Shown: piece after piece, positions 52,601 to 64,000 of the stretch
Numbering within the stretch: the first letter of the stretch is position 1
Layout: every line of letters begins with the position of its first letter
Origin: Antedon mediterranea
Taxonomy: Eukaryota; Animalia; Echinodermata
NCBI RefSeq assembly: GCF_964355755.1
Contig: NC_092671.1
Location: forward strand, 19,220,001 to 19,284,000
Length of the DNA: 64,000 nt
Direction of reading: 5' to 3'
Made by a program: the position numbers and the translations under genes
Notes under the pieces: model-generated
Databases searched by the model: none
The model's input: only the letters and a program-made list of their open reading frames with translations
What the model was told of the DNA's origin: nothing

Positions 52601-53895
52601 CAAAGAAGGGGGTGTAGGACCGTCCACGGACAAAGAAGGGGGTGTAAGACCATCCACTGACAAAGAAAGGGTATAGGACCACTTACAGACAAAGAAGGGG
52701 GTATAAGACCATCCACAGACAAAGAAGGGGGTGTATGACCATCCACAGACAAAGAAGGAAGTGTAGGACCATTCACAGACAAAGAAAGGGGTGTAAGACC
52801 ATCCACACATAAAGAAAGGGGTGTAATACCATCAACACGCACAGAAGGGGGTGTAAGACCATCCACAGACAAAGAAGGGGGTATAAGACCATCCACAGAC
52901 AAAGAATGGGGTATAAGACCATCCACATACAAAGAATGGGGTATAAGACCATCTACAGACAAAGAAGGAGGGGTAGGACCATATTAACCGAGGAAGCATA
53001 CAAAAAGAAGATACAATCAAAATACCACTTGGAAAACAATACATTGTAGAATAACTGAGGCTTGATTGTTGAAATATAAAGGGTTCTTTGTAAGGTCATT
53101 AATAATATATTGATATAAACACGATCATCATAGTTTTCATTTGACATTCAAATACAGTCTATCTCGAAAAGAAGCTCATACTATCACCTTTTCGAGATTT
53201 TACGGTATTCCATAACATGTATGTTATTTCCTCTGTCAAACTATTAAAACTTTTAGCGAATCAGAAGGTGCCAACATCATTGAACTAATGGTACCACCAA
53301 GCACAATGTTTACCAATTCTATGTACTATATACAATTTAAGTCCATTAATCATTTAATATAATTACGCCTATCAGGTCAAAGTTCAAAGACCAACAAAAA
53401 CCACATACAGTATATTCACCTAATTAAAAATCAATAAATAAATGTCAAAGGTCATAAATTGTATTTCCGGTCATTTTATGTGAAAATGTTTCATTACTAC
53501 AAATATAAATGTTTTTATTCTGAACAAAATGACACCAAAATCGATTGAAAAAGACCAGTAGTTACAGAGATATACAAATACGAGGTCAAAGGTCAAACTG
53601 AAAGAAACGTCATTTCCGGTCATTTTTGGACGAAAATTTTCATTAGAGCAAATAGAAATATATAGTTTGTGAACAATTTGAGACCATAATTAAGTCTCTA
53701 ATGTGTGTAGTTGCCAAGATATGAACATTTTTTGTTTTTATGGTGGCCATTTTGAAATCAAGATGGCCGCCATACCGGACGTTGGACACTTGGCACCCCC
53801 CGATATTTTGAATCTATATACATTAAAGAAACTTTGTGCCAAGTTTCATGCTTTGGTAATAAAATGCACAGCTCATGTCATTAACTGCTCTACTA
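49610..53895. mobile_element. Academ-like DNA transposon (decayed) with ~450-bp TIRs
   Basis: Termini TAGTAGAGCAGTTAA / TTAACTGCTCTACTA; 3-bp TAT duplication (49607-49609, 53896-53898); arms ~49610-50055 and ~53460-53895; possible transposase remnant AKAHYHKN on the - strand near 50450. Confidence 0.8.
50708..52982. repeat. 30-bp minisatellite (~75 copies) inside the Academ-like element
   Basis: Unit AGACCATCCACAGACAAAGAAGGGGGTGTA. Confidence 0.95.
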
Positions 53896-54498
53896 TATAG
53901 TTCAATTCATATAATTAATTTAGCTTAATCTCTAAGTTTTTTATTTGGTCTGGTTCACTGCATATAAGTTTATAAAGTGTTCAACAGTTCATAAAAAAAA
54001 CTGTAAAAATCACAGTCCTTAGTTAAATTTATAATGTCAACATGGTATAATACACAATAATAAAATAACAACAAAAACTTAATACTGTACTTGCCTACTA
54101 TTTATCAGATTGTTTTATGTTATTTCTCGTATTTATTAACTACAACCATAGCCATCAAAATAGCAGAGTACAAAATGTTTCATGTTGGTGAGATGGGCAA
54201 AACATGATAGGCCTCCAAATTCATTAAGCTCTGTCTACACTATCAAATGTGACAACAAAATGTGATGTGCCAATAATATAACGTCTCTATAACATGTACA
54301 CAGATATGTTTGATTTTATACTCTTTTTATTTGGCAAAACCATTTTACGTACCATTAGAAGACTGACATTATTATTCCTTCATGGTGGGAGGTACTGTAG
54401 GCCTAGCCTGGGTTCTTCTAGTGTAGCCAACATTTTTTACTTCTTCGCTTTCTTAAAACATTTTTATACTAAATTATGTAAAATAATCCTTAGAATAC

Positions 54499-54727
54499 CT
54501 GCAACAGGTAAATATGCATTCACTCCAGTATGCTCTGCAAGTGCTTTCTGAGCTGATTTCATCACAGGAAAAGGAGACTGACCAAAACCAAAATGGTAAA
54601 TAGTCTGCCCCTCAGCAATCAGTTTTCGGATGACTTCATTTTGAGCAAGATTTGTAGCAGGAGAGTACTCAGCTAGGTGTGGTGGCAATAAGTTCTGCCA
54701 CTGTTTGCCTGTTTGTGATGACTCCAT
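54499..54727 (-). CDS. Class I/II PLP-dependent (aspartate-type) aminotransferase, first coding exon; 11 exons total 1323 nt = 440 aa
   Basis: MESS...ATNLAQNEVIRKLIAEGQTIYHFGFGQSPFPV...NAYLPVAG; donor after 54499; an acceptor at 54730-54731 implies a non-coding upstream exon. Confidence 0.9.
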
Positions 54728-55112
54728 CTCTAAATTAACAAACTAATATTATATTGAAATGTCACATTACTAATTGTATTTGGGATGGCCTAGAAACTGG
54801 TCTATTTCCCTGGATAAAAAAGCAAATTTTAAACACACACAAAAATCAATATCTAGGATTTTTTTTTTCATTCATCCATTCATTCATCAGTGATGATGGA
54901 CTGGTAAAATTTACTGTATTTGAGTGGTTTTTAATTCTTTGCTTCGCAAAAGTAATATTTAAAATACTAATTTTGGTTATTCGTTGCAGAAAGAGATTTT
55001 GAAGATGGAAACATGAAAACGCTTGAGAACAAATTCATCTAGTGTAAAACAGGCTTTATACCACATTTTCACATCTGCATAAATTGTTACAACTTGTTAC
55101 AAGTTGTAATTT

Positions 55113-56382
55113 TGTTTTATTTTTTTCTTTATTCTGACATAAAATCATAATAAAAAAAACACAATAAAGTACCGAGACGGCAAACTTATTTCTATTGTGG
55201 TCCTAAACAAATATTACAGAATAAATAAGAAAACCAGCAGTAAGTTATAAAATGATCACTGACACCGTAAGGGATATTAAGAGGATCGGCATTAAAGTCA
55301 CCTAAAATAATAACTTCTTGACCTTGTAAACTATCTCCACAGATTGTCTCAAGTGAGGTAAAAAACTGTCACTGCTTTTCAGGTTGGTAACAGGTTCTGA
55401 TTGCAATAGGTTTGGTTTTAGGTAATAGTATATTTATCCATAAAGTTTCAATATCATCGTTTTGGAGATCATCTCTCACGTTGTAGGTAAGACCATTTCG
55501 TATAGAGGCTTCCTCCAACAGTGTCCGTACATCTATCTTTTCTTTCAATACTTATTTCATTCACTGTTATTTACAGACTTTTTTAATTGCTATTACGGAT
55601 GCATCAGTCTTTTTAGCAATAGACCGAATTTAATTGATTTTCGGAAGAAGGCTTCTGATGTTCAGGTGTAAACAATGAAGACCCTTGCATCTGAAGGTTT
55701 CAGATAACAATGTATCGGGGTCATCAAACGAATCGTTTGTAAGAGTTGATGTATCGATATCGTGGTGGTCATTTGAAATATCGTTAACATCAGCGTTACT
55801 AAACAGCAGGTTTCAAAATACACATTCTTGGCATTCATGCAAATTGTTCCCCTGAATTACATAGATCAGTATACCTCTTTAATGGGAAGTTTATACAATT
55901 TGTATGCGACCAACGATCACAATTATCACACGATATACATGTATGTATGTAGCTCGAATGGTTTTGATTATTCCTTTTGAACAAACTATACATGGACATC
56001 GCCAGCTAGCATAAGACCAAAAAACAGAATAAAGCTGTCGGCTTGCGTTCTAGTTGTTTTTATTTTTTGCTTTGGTGTTCGGTTATTGACAGGTGTAAAT
56101 AATTGCGATACAAATATGCTGTATAACTTACTTTGACCGTGTTTAAACGACTTGTTTGGTATACATTTTGTAATAAAAGTATTGTAGTTAACATCTCGAT
56201 GTAAGTGTATTTCCGATGAGCTTAGATCGATATAAATCTGAATTGATAATGTTACACCGATGACAAACAGGTACAGTAGTAAGTTGTTGGCCATTTTCTG
56301 TTGTTGTAAAGATCGAATTTTCCGTATGATGCTAGATCACGGCCTCTCAGGAGTTAGGCTTGAGGAGTGGTATTACAACGAG
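55113..56382 (-). mobile_element. Internally deleted copy of the LINE at 20600-24320
   Basis: Near-identical MANNLLLYLFVIG... N-terminus; the 3' UTR (GTACCGAGACGGCAAACTTATTTC) is joined directly to endonuclease sequence; RT absent. Confidence 0.9.
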
Positions 56383-56450
56383 TGACGTCATTAGCGCACT
56401 GGCGGTTGATTCGAAGGTGAGTCAGCACACACGCAGGATACGTCATTTAT
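56380..56450. promoter_or_regulatory. CRE/AP-1 motif cluster, possible promoter
   Basis: TGACGTCA at 56383, TGAGTCA at 56418 and TACGTCA at ~56439 in a locally CpG-rich patch. Confidence 0.4.
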
Positions 56451-56959
56451 CCTACACTAATCGTGTGTCAAAATCCACTCAAAGGCAGCTTCGTCGATGC
56501 AATCAAATCATCCAACAAAAATTACAGACTAACAGGTAAACATCAAAATCGTGAATCTAAGGTAATACTACAGGGAAAAATTTCATTTAAACATTTTGTT
56601 TAGCAATATTGCTCTCCAGATTTATTAAAAAAGGGTATTATACGGTGGGATTTTTATTTTTACAAGAATACAACTTCCTACTTTTTTCAATATTATTATA
56701 TTATTACATAGATATGAAAACTTACACTGTAAATTATAAAAAGAGAATTTTTGGGGATTTTCACATCTGGGGGGGAATTACCACATATTTTGTAAGAAAT
56801 ACATACAAACTAAGCAAACGTATAATTTTTCCCCAAAATTATGGAAAAACCACGATAAACCACAATAGGAAGAAACAATGTGCTCATTTAACACTTTGAC
56901 TGCCCGAGGTTTTTCCAGTTAGAAACTTCCACCGCCAGCGTGTTTTTATTAAAGCCCAT

Positions 56960-57100
56960 GGCCCATCAGGACATCAGGCCCATCAGGACATCAGGCCCAT
57001 CAGGACATCAGGCCCATCAGGACATCAGGCCCATCAGGACATCAGGCCCATCAGGACATCAGGCCCATCAGGACATCAGGCCCATCAGGACATCAGGCCC
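56960..57100. repeat. 17-bp tandem repeat (~8 copies)
   Basis: Unit GGCCCATCAGGACATCA. Confidence 0.95.
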
Positions 57101-57543
57101 AACATAAGAGATAATATGACAAGATAATAAGATTTATAAAGCGCAGAAGTGCTCAAGGCGCTTGTGAAAACCATGAAAAATACAAACCTTGAAACTAAAA
57201 ATCAACAACAATTTTAGAAACTAGATGGTCGTGCTCACAGATGGTTCTCGAATACATAATACATGTCGTTTACAGGAACGAATAAATAGACACAGTGATT
57301 TATGTACTCAACTAAAATTAGCACCCTGGGAATTACTTCCGAAAGAGAAACTTGTCAAAAATAAGACCAATTGTTTTGAAACAAACTAAATTTGTGTTTT
57401 GTATGCAAGCAGCAATATGAGGGTTGAGGGATGGGGAAGAGGATGGGTGCAAAGACGAACAATTTTTAAATATATTCTTTATCCATTTAGTAACGAAATA
57501 TTAATTGTTTTCCTGTTTTACAAATAATAATATACCACTAAAC

Positions 57544-57567
57544 CATGGAGGTATTTATACCTCCATG
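57544..57567. mobile_element. 24-bp palindrome flanked by a 7-bp direct repeat (P-element-like minimal relic)
   Basis: ACTAAAC-CATGGAGGTAT-TT-ATACCTCCATG-ACTAAAC. Confidence 0.55.
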
Positions 57568-60500
57568 ACTAAACACAGTAACACATTGCTATTTAATACT
57601 TTGTTGAAACTGTCACCGTATAGTCGATTGAAATAGTACAGTACATGTAACGATACATCACTATTAAATACAACGTTTATATTTGTTTGTACAGTAATTA
57701 CATTATTAATTAATATAAACGTTCAGAAAGAACTGTCAGTAAATAAAGTAAACACCTCTATTCGCGGAAAATCGTAAATTCGCTTTAATCGTCAATAAAT
57801 AATTATCTACAGTAACTCAACTTAATTAGTAGGTCTAATGGTTTTCAATTGTTTCTTAGAGCCAATTCATACTTAAGTTGGTTCCTAACCACCAAAGTTG
57901 TTCTGAGTTTAGGGCATGTGATCCTTTGTACTGTAGGCCTGTCCTCTACTGGCTTTACAACGCTACTCATGCCAGTGAGGGGAGGGTGGTGGTGTGGGTG
58001 ATGGTTTAACTGCTAAAAAGAACGAATGATAGGAATCAGCGTTCTGCAAATTTTGGTTATAAATCGATCTTTTCCTGCGACATATCATCTGTTTCACGGC
58101 TTCCATAATTAGTAATAACATTTAATGTCAACGTTCACAAAGACAAATAAAGCCATTCAAAAAAAAGATTGAAATAAAAAATATTCGCTCCAAAATTACA
58201 AGTTGCCGATTTTGTTACGGTTGAAATGTGATTAGTGACGATATTAAAACGGGTGTTAAAAAAAAGAAAAGACATGTTTAATGAAGTTCCAGTTCCGCCA
58301 ACCACAATTGTCGTCATCATCAAAGTAAAATAAAAAGAAACTGACTTTTGTTTTCAAGCATTGCCCGTGGTGAATACAAAAAGAGATAGATGATGGTGAA
58401 TTGTTATCGGGCTTTACTAACCCCCAACCTTCTATCTCAGATGGCTTGTGGATGAGACGAAACAGTCTCCCGATTTTCAACAGATTGTCGACGTCCCGCT
58501 TCTAAATGTTTGCATATCCCTGCCATGAGTCTCCATTAACAAAAGAAAATACTGTATAAATTTAACAAAATTGAAGAAACAGGTCACCGGTTGTGTAATG
58601 ACCATTTAAATATAGAATTGACATTACACAAACAAATCTAACAGAATTATATACTATTAATATAACTGGTTAACAATCGAGCACAATTTTCAGAATGTGA
58701 TGCCTATTGTTCGTTTTACATAGGCCTATTAGCCTTTTGTCAAATCATAATTTGAATACAGTATTATTTTTGATTTATAAAATAAAGTTCCGTTAGTTCA
58801 CGGTAAGCTATTGGGACGAACTGATGATCGGCCCGGGAAATATTTTAAGAGCTGAAATTGGTTTTCAGATCGACGCAACGTATCGACGCAAAGTGCGCCG
58901 TAATGAAATAACCTTGCGTGCCATCACAAGTGGGGACCGACGTGTTAAACACCGTTTTTGCTTTACGTTCATCACAATGATGCTCTTGATCGTGAGGGGA
59001 TGCAAAATAGATAGATGAGTATTTTCTTATGTTGCGCGTCGTTCACCAACCACACTGAATATTCTGATACTGATACATTATTTGTCTATTTATGAATACA
59101 TTAGAAAACATTTTTTAAACTGGCGATTAAGTAAAACAGCAATAGTATACAATGGGGAAAATGTAAAAGTTTAAATACAATACAGGAAAATGAATATCTT
59201 ATTGTATTTATTCACAAATTTAGATAATAAACAATAGGCAAATATTATAGAAAAAACACATTTATATAGGCTCTAAAATAAGCCTAAAAAAGCCTACCGC
59301 CATCCTTTACTTATTACAATTTACTTTTATGTAGTTTATTTCTATACTTATAAACAATTGGCTATGGATGGGTTTAAATTGTAAGCATTGCATTCAATTC
59401 AATTCTCTGTGCGGTGTCCTTATTGTGCGTCCGTCGCCTTGCAAATAGCGCGATGTGTTTGTTCGTAAAACCATATCACATTAACTCCATTGGCGAAAAC
59501 GCGTGAGCTTGTTCATAGATAAAGTCATGATTGTTGATAACATAACAATTAAAATCGAAATCTTTTTTTAGAATCTGTAAATTGAAGGTGTTATCACGAT
59601 TGTGTATGATTTTGGTCGGATTTTGTGCACACTACCATTTCGCAGGGTCTTCGCTTTCGAGGTCTTTTCGGTCTTCGATCTTCGCTTTCGAGGTCTTCGC
59701 TTTCGACACACCCGCCAAGCATCATCAAAACTTAAAACTGGACTAGGCCTAGCCTACTAGATAGGGTCTACTGAATGTATAGCCTACTAAACTAGGCATA
59801 GTATGATGTCTATTAATATTGCTTACAAACACACACTTACCTTGCAGTATTTGGCATACAAAGATAACTTTTTGATAATATTAATACCGATTAATTAATT
59901 AAACTGTGGCTGTACCACACAGAATATATTTTGTTTACTTCCGTTTTTGTTAAAACTATAGAGGGCGCTATAATATATTAGAAAATACAACAAAATAATT
60001 ATGGAGGAGTTATTAAAAATATAAAGGTATTGGGATTGTTGGTTATCCTCAAAAGGGTTGGAGTAAAAATGACCTGTAGCACACAAAAGTATGCGCACAC
60101 AAGTTTTTAAAGTTTTAAAAATCAACTTTATGCATGTTTCAGGTCATTTTGAGCATTTTAAAATTCTTGAATTTTTTTTGTGTGTTTCACATGCACGTTT
60201 GTAATCAGCATAGAAAGACCGTTGTTGCAATTGATTTTTGCCCCAGTGGTCTAAGCATTAGTCTGGTTGTCGTTGAATGTATATCCTTAGTATTGTCTGC
60301 CTCTCTTCGATGCAAAAGCTTTTTCTCCTTTGATCACTTGGAAATCAATATCTATCTACATACACAACAATAAACGCAAGACATGTTACAAAAAGTGTAG
60401 TTAAACTTGTTCACATATGTGGGACATTTATTTGAAACTGTCTCACAGTTGCTTGTTGTAGAGAGATGGTGGTTTTATGGAAACCGTACCAAATAAATAC

Positions 60501-62270
60501 AAGCAATATCCATTTAGTACATTAGATAAATTGTGTGTTTGTATGTATGTTAGCTTTCTACTCACTACAAAGATAACAAACCAACTGAACAACCTACAAA
60601 AAAATGTCACCTATGTACAATCAACAATTTGTCACCGAGGAGGAGCGAAATAAAAGATGCATGATCAAATGAATCTCTCTATTCAACGTGCAATGTCATA
60701 TTTTTTAAAAACGAAGCAAAACATCATACAGAGTTAATTTCACCTCATCTGTATTCATTTATCTTAACATCAATTATTTTTTTTCTTTCAATTTTTAAAG
60801 GAATTATCAGACAAGCAATGACTATTATAAACAATGGCTATTTTAGTTACATATAATTTTGCCTGTACCCACAATATTATGCTACATATAAATAGCAAAC
60901 AAGCTATTTCATTGATAGTAGAAGAACAATCTGTGTCTGCAACTTCTTACTAGACACGCCGCATTGAAGCAATATTTACAAGTACAGTATTACGGCTCGT
61001 CATATTAGGAACGCTTTATTTATCAAAGCTAAACGTTTTCATTAGCAAACAGAATGAATGAACCTAATTATGTCTAATGGTAAACAAGTAATATAGATAT
61101 ACCTTATTTATATATATATATATTTATATCTCGTCAAAGTATTTTATATCAACACAAACAAAAGAGTATACAAACCAAGAAATAAAGTTGACTTGTTATT
61201 TAGTCACCCAGTTCAACTAATTCTATATTTACCATCAAAATATTTCAGAACAGATTGTATAAAAGTAGAATTTTGTAAATATAGTTAGATTGATAAATTG
61301 TTTTTGACACGACTAATTTAGACAATTCAAATGAAATCATTTTGAAGGGAAAAAAATGTATATATCATTATATAATCAAATCTCAGCGGTAAGCTGTGTA
61401 AAGATAACAAATAGATATTTATAAATCTATATACACACAGGGCAAAATATGGGCTAGACACCTAGTCTATAATGATTGAAATATAAAACAAAATCTAAAC
61501 ATGCATGTTTTTGGATTTAATTTTTTCTTTCTTTTTTTTCATTCTTTTGCTTAAACGGTACCTGGGCAAAAACAATGTTTGATAACAGTAAACACAAATT
61601 AATAAATGTGTTAATGTAACACATAAGAACATAAAAATAAAAAAATAACATCCCTTTTTCATACTGCTACTCTGGAAAACCTGTAAAATATTATATATAG
61701 TTATACAATCTTTTATTGGGATAGGGAACAATTACAGTCCTAATGCTCAACGGCAAGCTAATACGATCTTTGTAAGCAAAACATTATGTAAAAGCGTTTT
61801 AGTCAAATTTTTAATTTTAATTTTTTTGTTGGTACTATTTAACTAATTAAGTGTGCCGTGTGATGGAGTGCAAGATGTAATTTAGCAATAACAGGCGAGG
61901 ACTTCATGTGTGATAATACAATAGCTTCTCAATGATTTGTTTCCAATTTTAAATTTGACAAACACGTATGTACACGATGTAAAAAAGCTAGTTTTCCATT
62001 CCTAGAGCTACATTTATCACATGCATTCTCAAGACTCAAGAGAGTGAATTCTGAGTATACATGCTAACTACTTGAGAGGGTTTCACCACTAATTGGCAAT
62101 TATCATTTCTTGAGCTTGCATATCTAGTGGAAGTTGACTCTTGAAACTACTCTCTTCGTTTTTACTCGCACATACTAGCTTACACCTTCTGGGAGAGTTT
62201 GCTTTTTGCTCTTGCAGATCTTCATCAAGAGCCAGCACATTCTGTTTTTCATTCGTCAACTTTTGCACTT

Positions 62271-62942
62271 TCATCGTCTTGCAAGCTTAAGGACAATAGA
62301 GCCCTTAGGTGTAACCTCAACCTTTTTCTGCTTCATTACCACTGTCCACTCAGGATCATTAGGATCTTCATTTGGATTATCTTCAGCATCTGAGCTGAGT
62401 TCTGATCGAGAGCCTGACCGACTCAATGTAACAGTGCTCTTTGGCGTAGAAACCCCACTAGATTTGCCAAAATCCAATTCTTGGTATGCACCAGGAATCT
62501 CTTCTAGGTCTTTAGTCTCTTCCTCTGTAAGTGGAAAAGTTCGTAATGGCCACGGGTCTACCATCAATATCTCCTCTTCCAAGTCTACAGTGCTTTCACT
62601 ATTGTTTGAAATACGACGTGTACTTCTCTCCATTGTCGCACATGCATCAGGAACAGTGATAGGCGATGGTGAGGGTGTCACAGATGTACTTGTTGGGAGT
62701 GAAGCAACTGCAAAAGTTGTATTAAGACCATCTGACATCTGTATTTCACTGCTGTTTAAGTCTGGTGAGACTGGCGGCAATGAATCTGGTGTTGTTGCAC
62801 TAATTGTACGCGATCTTCGTGAATGATTTCTCTTCATATTACTATGTGAAAGATCTGTCAAAGCTCTAATGTACAGCGACTTCTCCAGGACTTCTGATTT
62901 GTTGTGTCTCAATTGGATGGCTTCAAAAGTTTGCTTTTCATC
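62271..62942 (-). CDS. KANSL1: KAT8 regulatory NSL complex subunit 1, last coding exon
   Basis: Acceptor TTACAG; DEKQTFEAIQLRHNKSEVLEK (PEHE-domain helix), DPWPLRTFPL; TGA stop at 62271. Confidence 0.85.
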   Translation of the reverse strand, partial: DEKQTFEAIQLRHNKSEVLEKSLYIRALTDLSHSNMKRNHSRRSRTISATTPDSLPPVSPDLNSSEIQMSDGLNTTFAVASLPTSTSVTPSPSPITVPDACATMERSTRRISNNSESTVDLEEEILMVDPWPLRTFPLTEEETKDLEEIPGAYQELDFGKSSGVSTPKSTVTLSRSGSRSELSSDAEDNPNEDPNDPEWTVVMKQKKVEVTPKGSIVLKLARR

Positions 62943-63296
62943 CTGTAACATAAACACAAATTTGTTGATTGATAGATTGATCGATAAACACACAATTTAG
63001 ATTTCCATTATACATTAATATTATTGGGAGTTGCATTTAAATAAATATGAGAAATAAGAGGAGAACTTTAATTTTCCAGAATTATTTATATTCTGCACTT
63101 ACCATTAATGTACATAATTATAATATACAACTCTGTTTAGACATATAATATATGTTTGCATAATGTAGAAAACTTTTCTGCAAACTACCAAATGAACATA
63201 CATTTGCATAAATTATTGATTTAATGACAATTACATTATTATAAAAATTGTTTTTTTTTGTTTTTCCCCAAGCTGACCAGTTTTGTTCTTACATAC

Positions 63297-63631
63297 CTCA
63301 TCTGATAAATCATCTGCTGTTTGTAAAAGACTATTTCTCTTTGATACTTCATCCTCTGTAACCAGTCTCCATTTTGGGGTCACAATCTCTTTGTATTGTA
63401 GTTTTTCAACACGTGTTGAAGCCAAGATGGAGTAAGGAATGACAATGTTATCAATATCGTACGCATCATTAGGATTAAACTTGCGTCTCATTGAGTTAAG
63501 CGAGTTTGTTGGCATGGAGTTAAATAATGTGTTCAATCCTTGTCCATCAGTTGTTGGCGTGTTTGTTCCAGAGGGCGTTTTACAGTTTATATCCGTCAGT
63601 GAAAGACTACGTGCCCGTTTCTTTAAAGCAG
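63297..63631 (-). CDS. KANSL1: KANSL1 penultimate exon (start of PEHE region)
   Basis: [33 protein letters not shown] is the KANSL1/NSL1 signature; AG/GT flanks. Confidence 0.92.
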
Positions 63632-63928
63632 CTACACACAAGAGAAAATGTTTTATTAATTAATGTTGTATTTTCTTATAATTGTGTGGATGCGAGTGTG
63701 GTAGGCACAGGGTGATTTCAGCACCACCAAAGGAACATCCAGATATCAGAGGGTATGGTTTTGTTTTGCAATGATGAAATGAATGAACTTTTTAGCATTG
63801 TTTGTTTGCGTTTATTTCGAATCCATACATCATATATATATTAACAAAAATCTAGCTCTTTGAATTGTACACAAGGCTGTCATTATATGAAGCATATATT
63901 AAGCATGTCTTGTCTTGGCGATACTTAC

Positions 63929-64000
63929 CAATAGCTAACTGTGCTGCTGCCCGTTTGTTTTTTATGTCGGTACGACATTGCCGTGATATATCTAGCAAGC
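63929..64000 (-). CDS. KANSL1: KANSL1 upstream exon (5' edge at or beyond the window end)
   Basis: Donor G|GTAAGT after 63929, in phase with the next exon (...RAAAQLAI-AALKKR). Confidence 0.65.

Noticed and set aside
50628-53044. RPSTDKEGGV / CGWSYTPFFV repeat ORFs
   Set aside because: Translations of a 30-bp minisatellite with scattered frameshifts and stops.
55230-55300. Deletions in the LINE copy as evidence of splicing
   Set aside because: The large deletion junction I checked does not follow GT-AG on the element's sense strand.
58821-58850. CTGATGA...GAAA possible hammerhead or C/D box RNA
   Set aside because: No convincing stems I and II, and the C-D spacing is too short.

Overview
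AT-rich, intron-containing animal DNA, most likely an invertebrate deuterostome such as an echinoderm (inferred from gene content and repeat types). Four host genes can be reconstructed with GT-AG junctions: the 3' part of a ZEB/zfh-1/SIP1 zinc-finger homeobox gene (+, 794-5261); a small 3CxxC zinc-finger (RTP/ZAR1-type) gene (-, 24893-25754) with NF-kB-like sites upstream; an 11-exon, 440-aa class I/II PLP aminotransferase (-, 30403-54727); and the 3' end of KANSL1 (-, 62271-64000). The rest is dense with mobile DNA: a decayed L1/Tx1 LINE split by a 3.4-kb foldback element, an intact single-ORF CR1/L2-group LINE with a hydrophobic leader and a 2A-like motif plus an internally deleted sister copy, a three-layer LINE nest, a LINE inside a 38-bp satellite, Kolobok-like and Academ-like DNA transposons, several minisatellites, a TSD-flanked palindromic Penelope-type insertion carrying hammerhead ribozyme motifs, and a 24-bp TSD-flanked palindrome. 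All calls were made by eye; no database searches were run.
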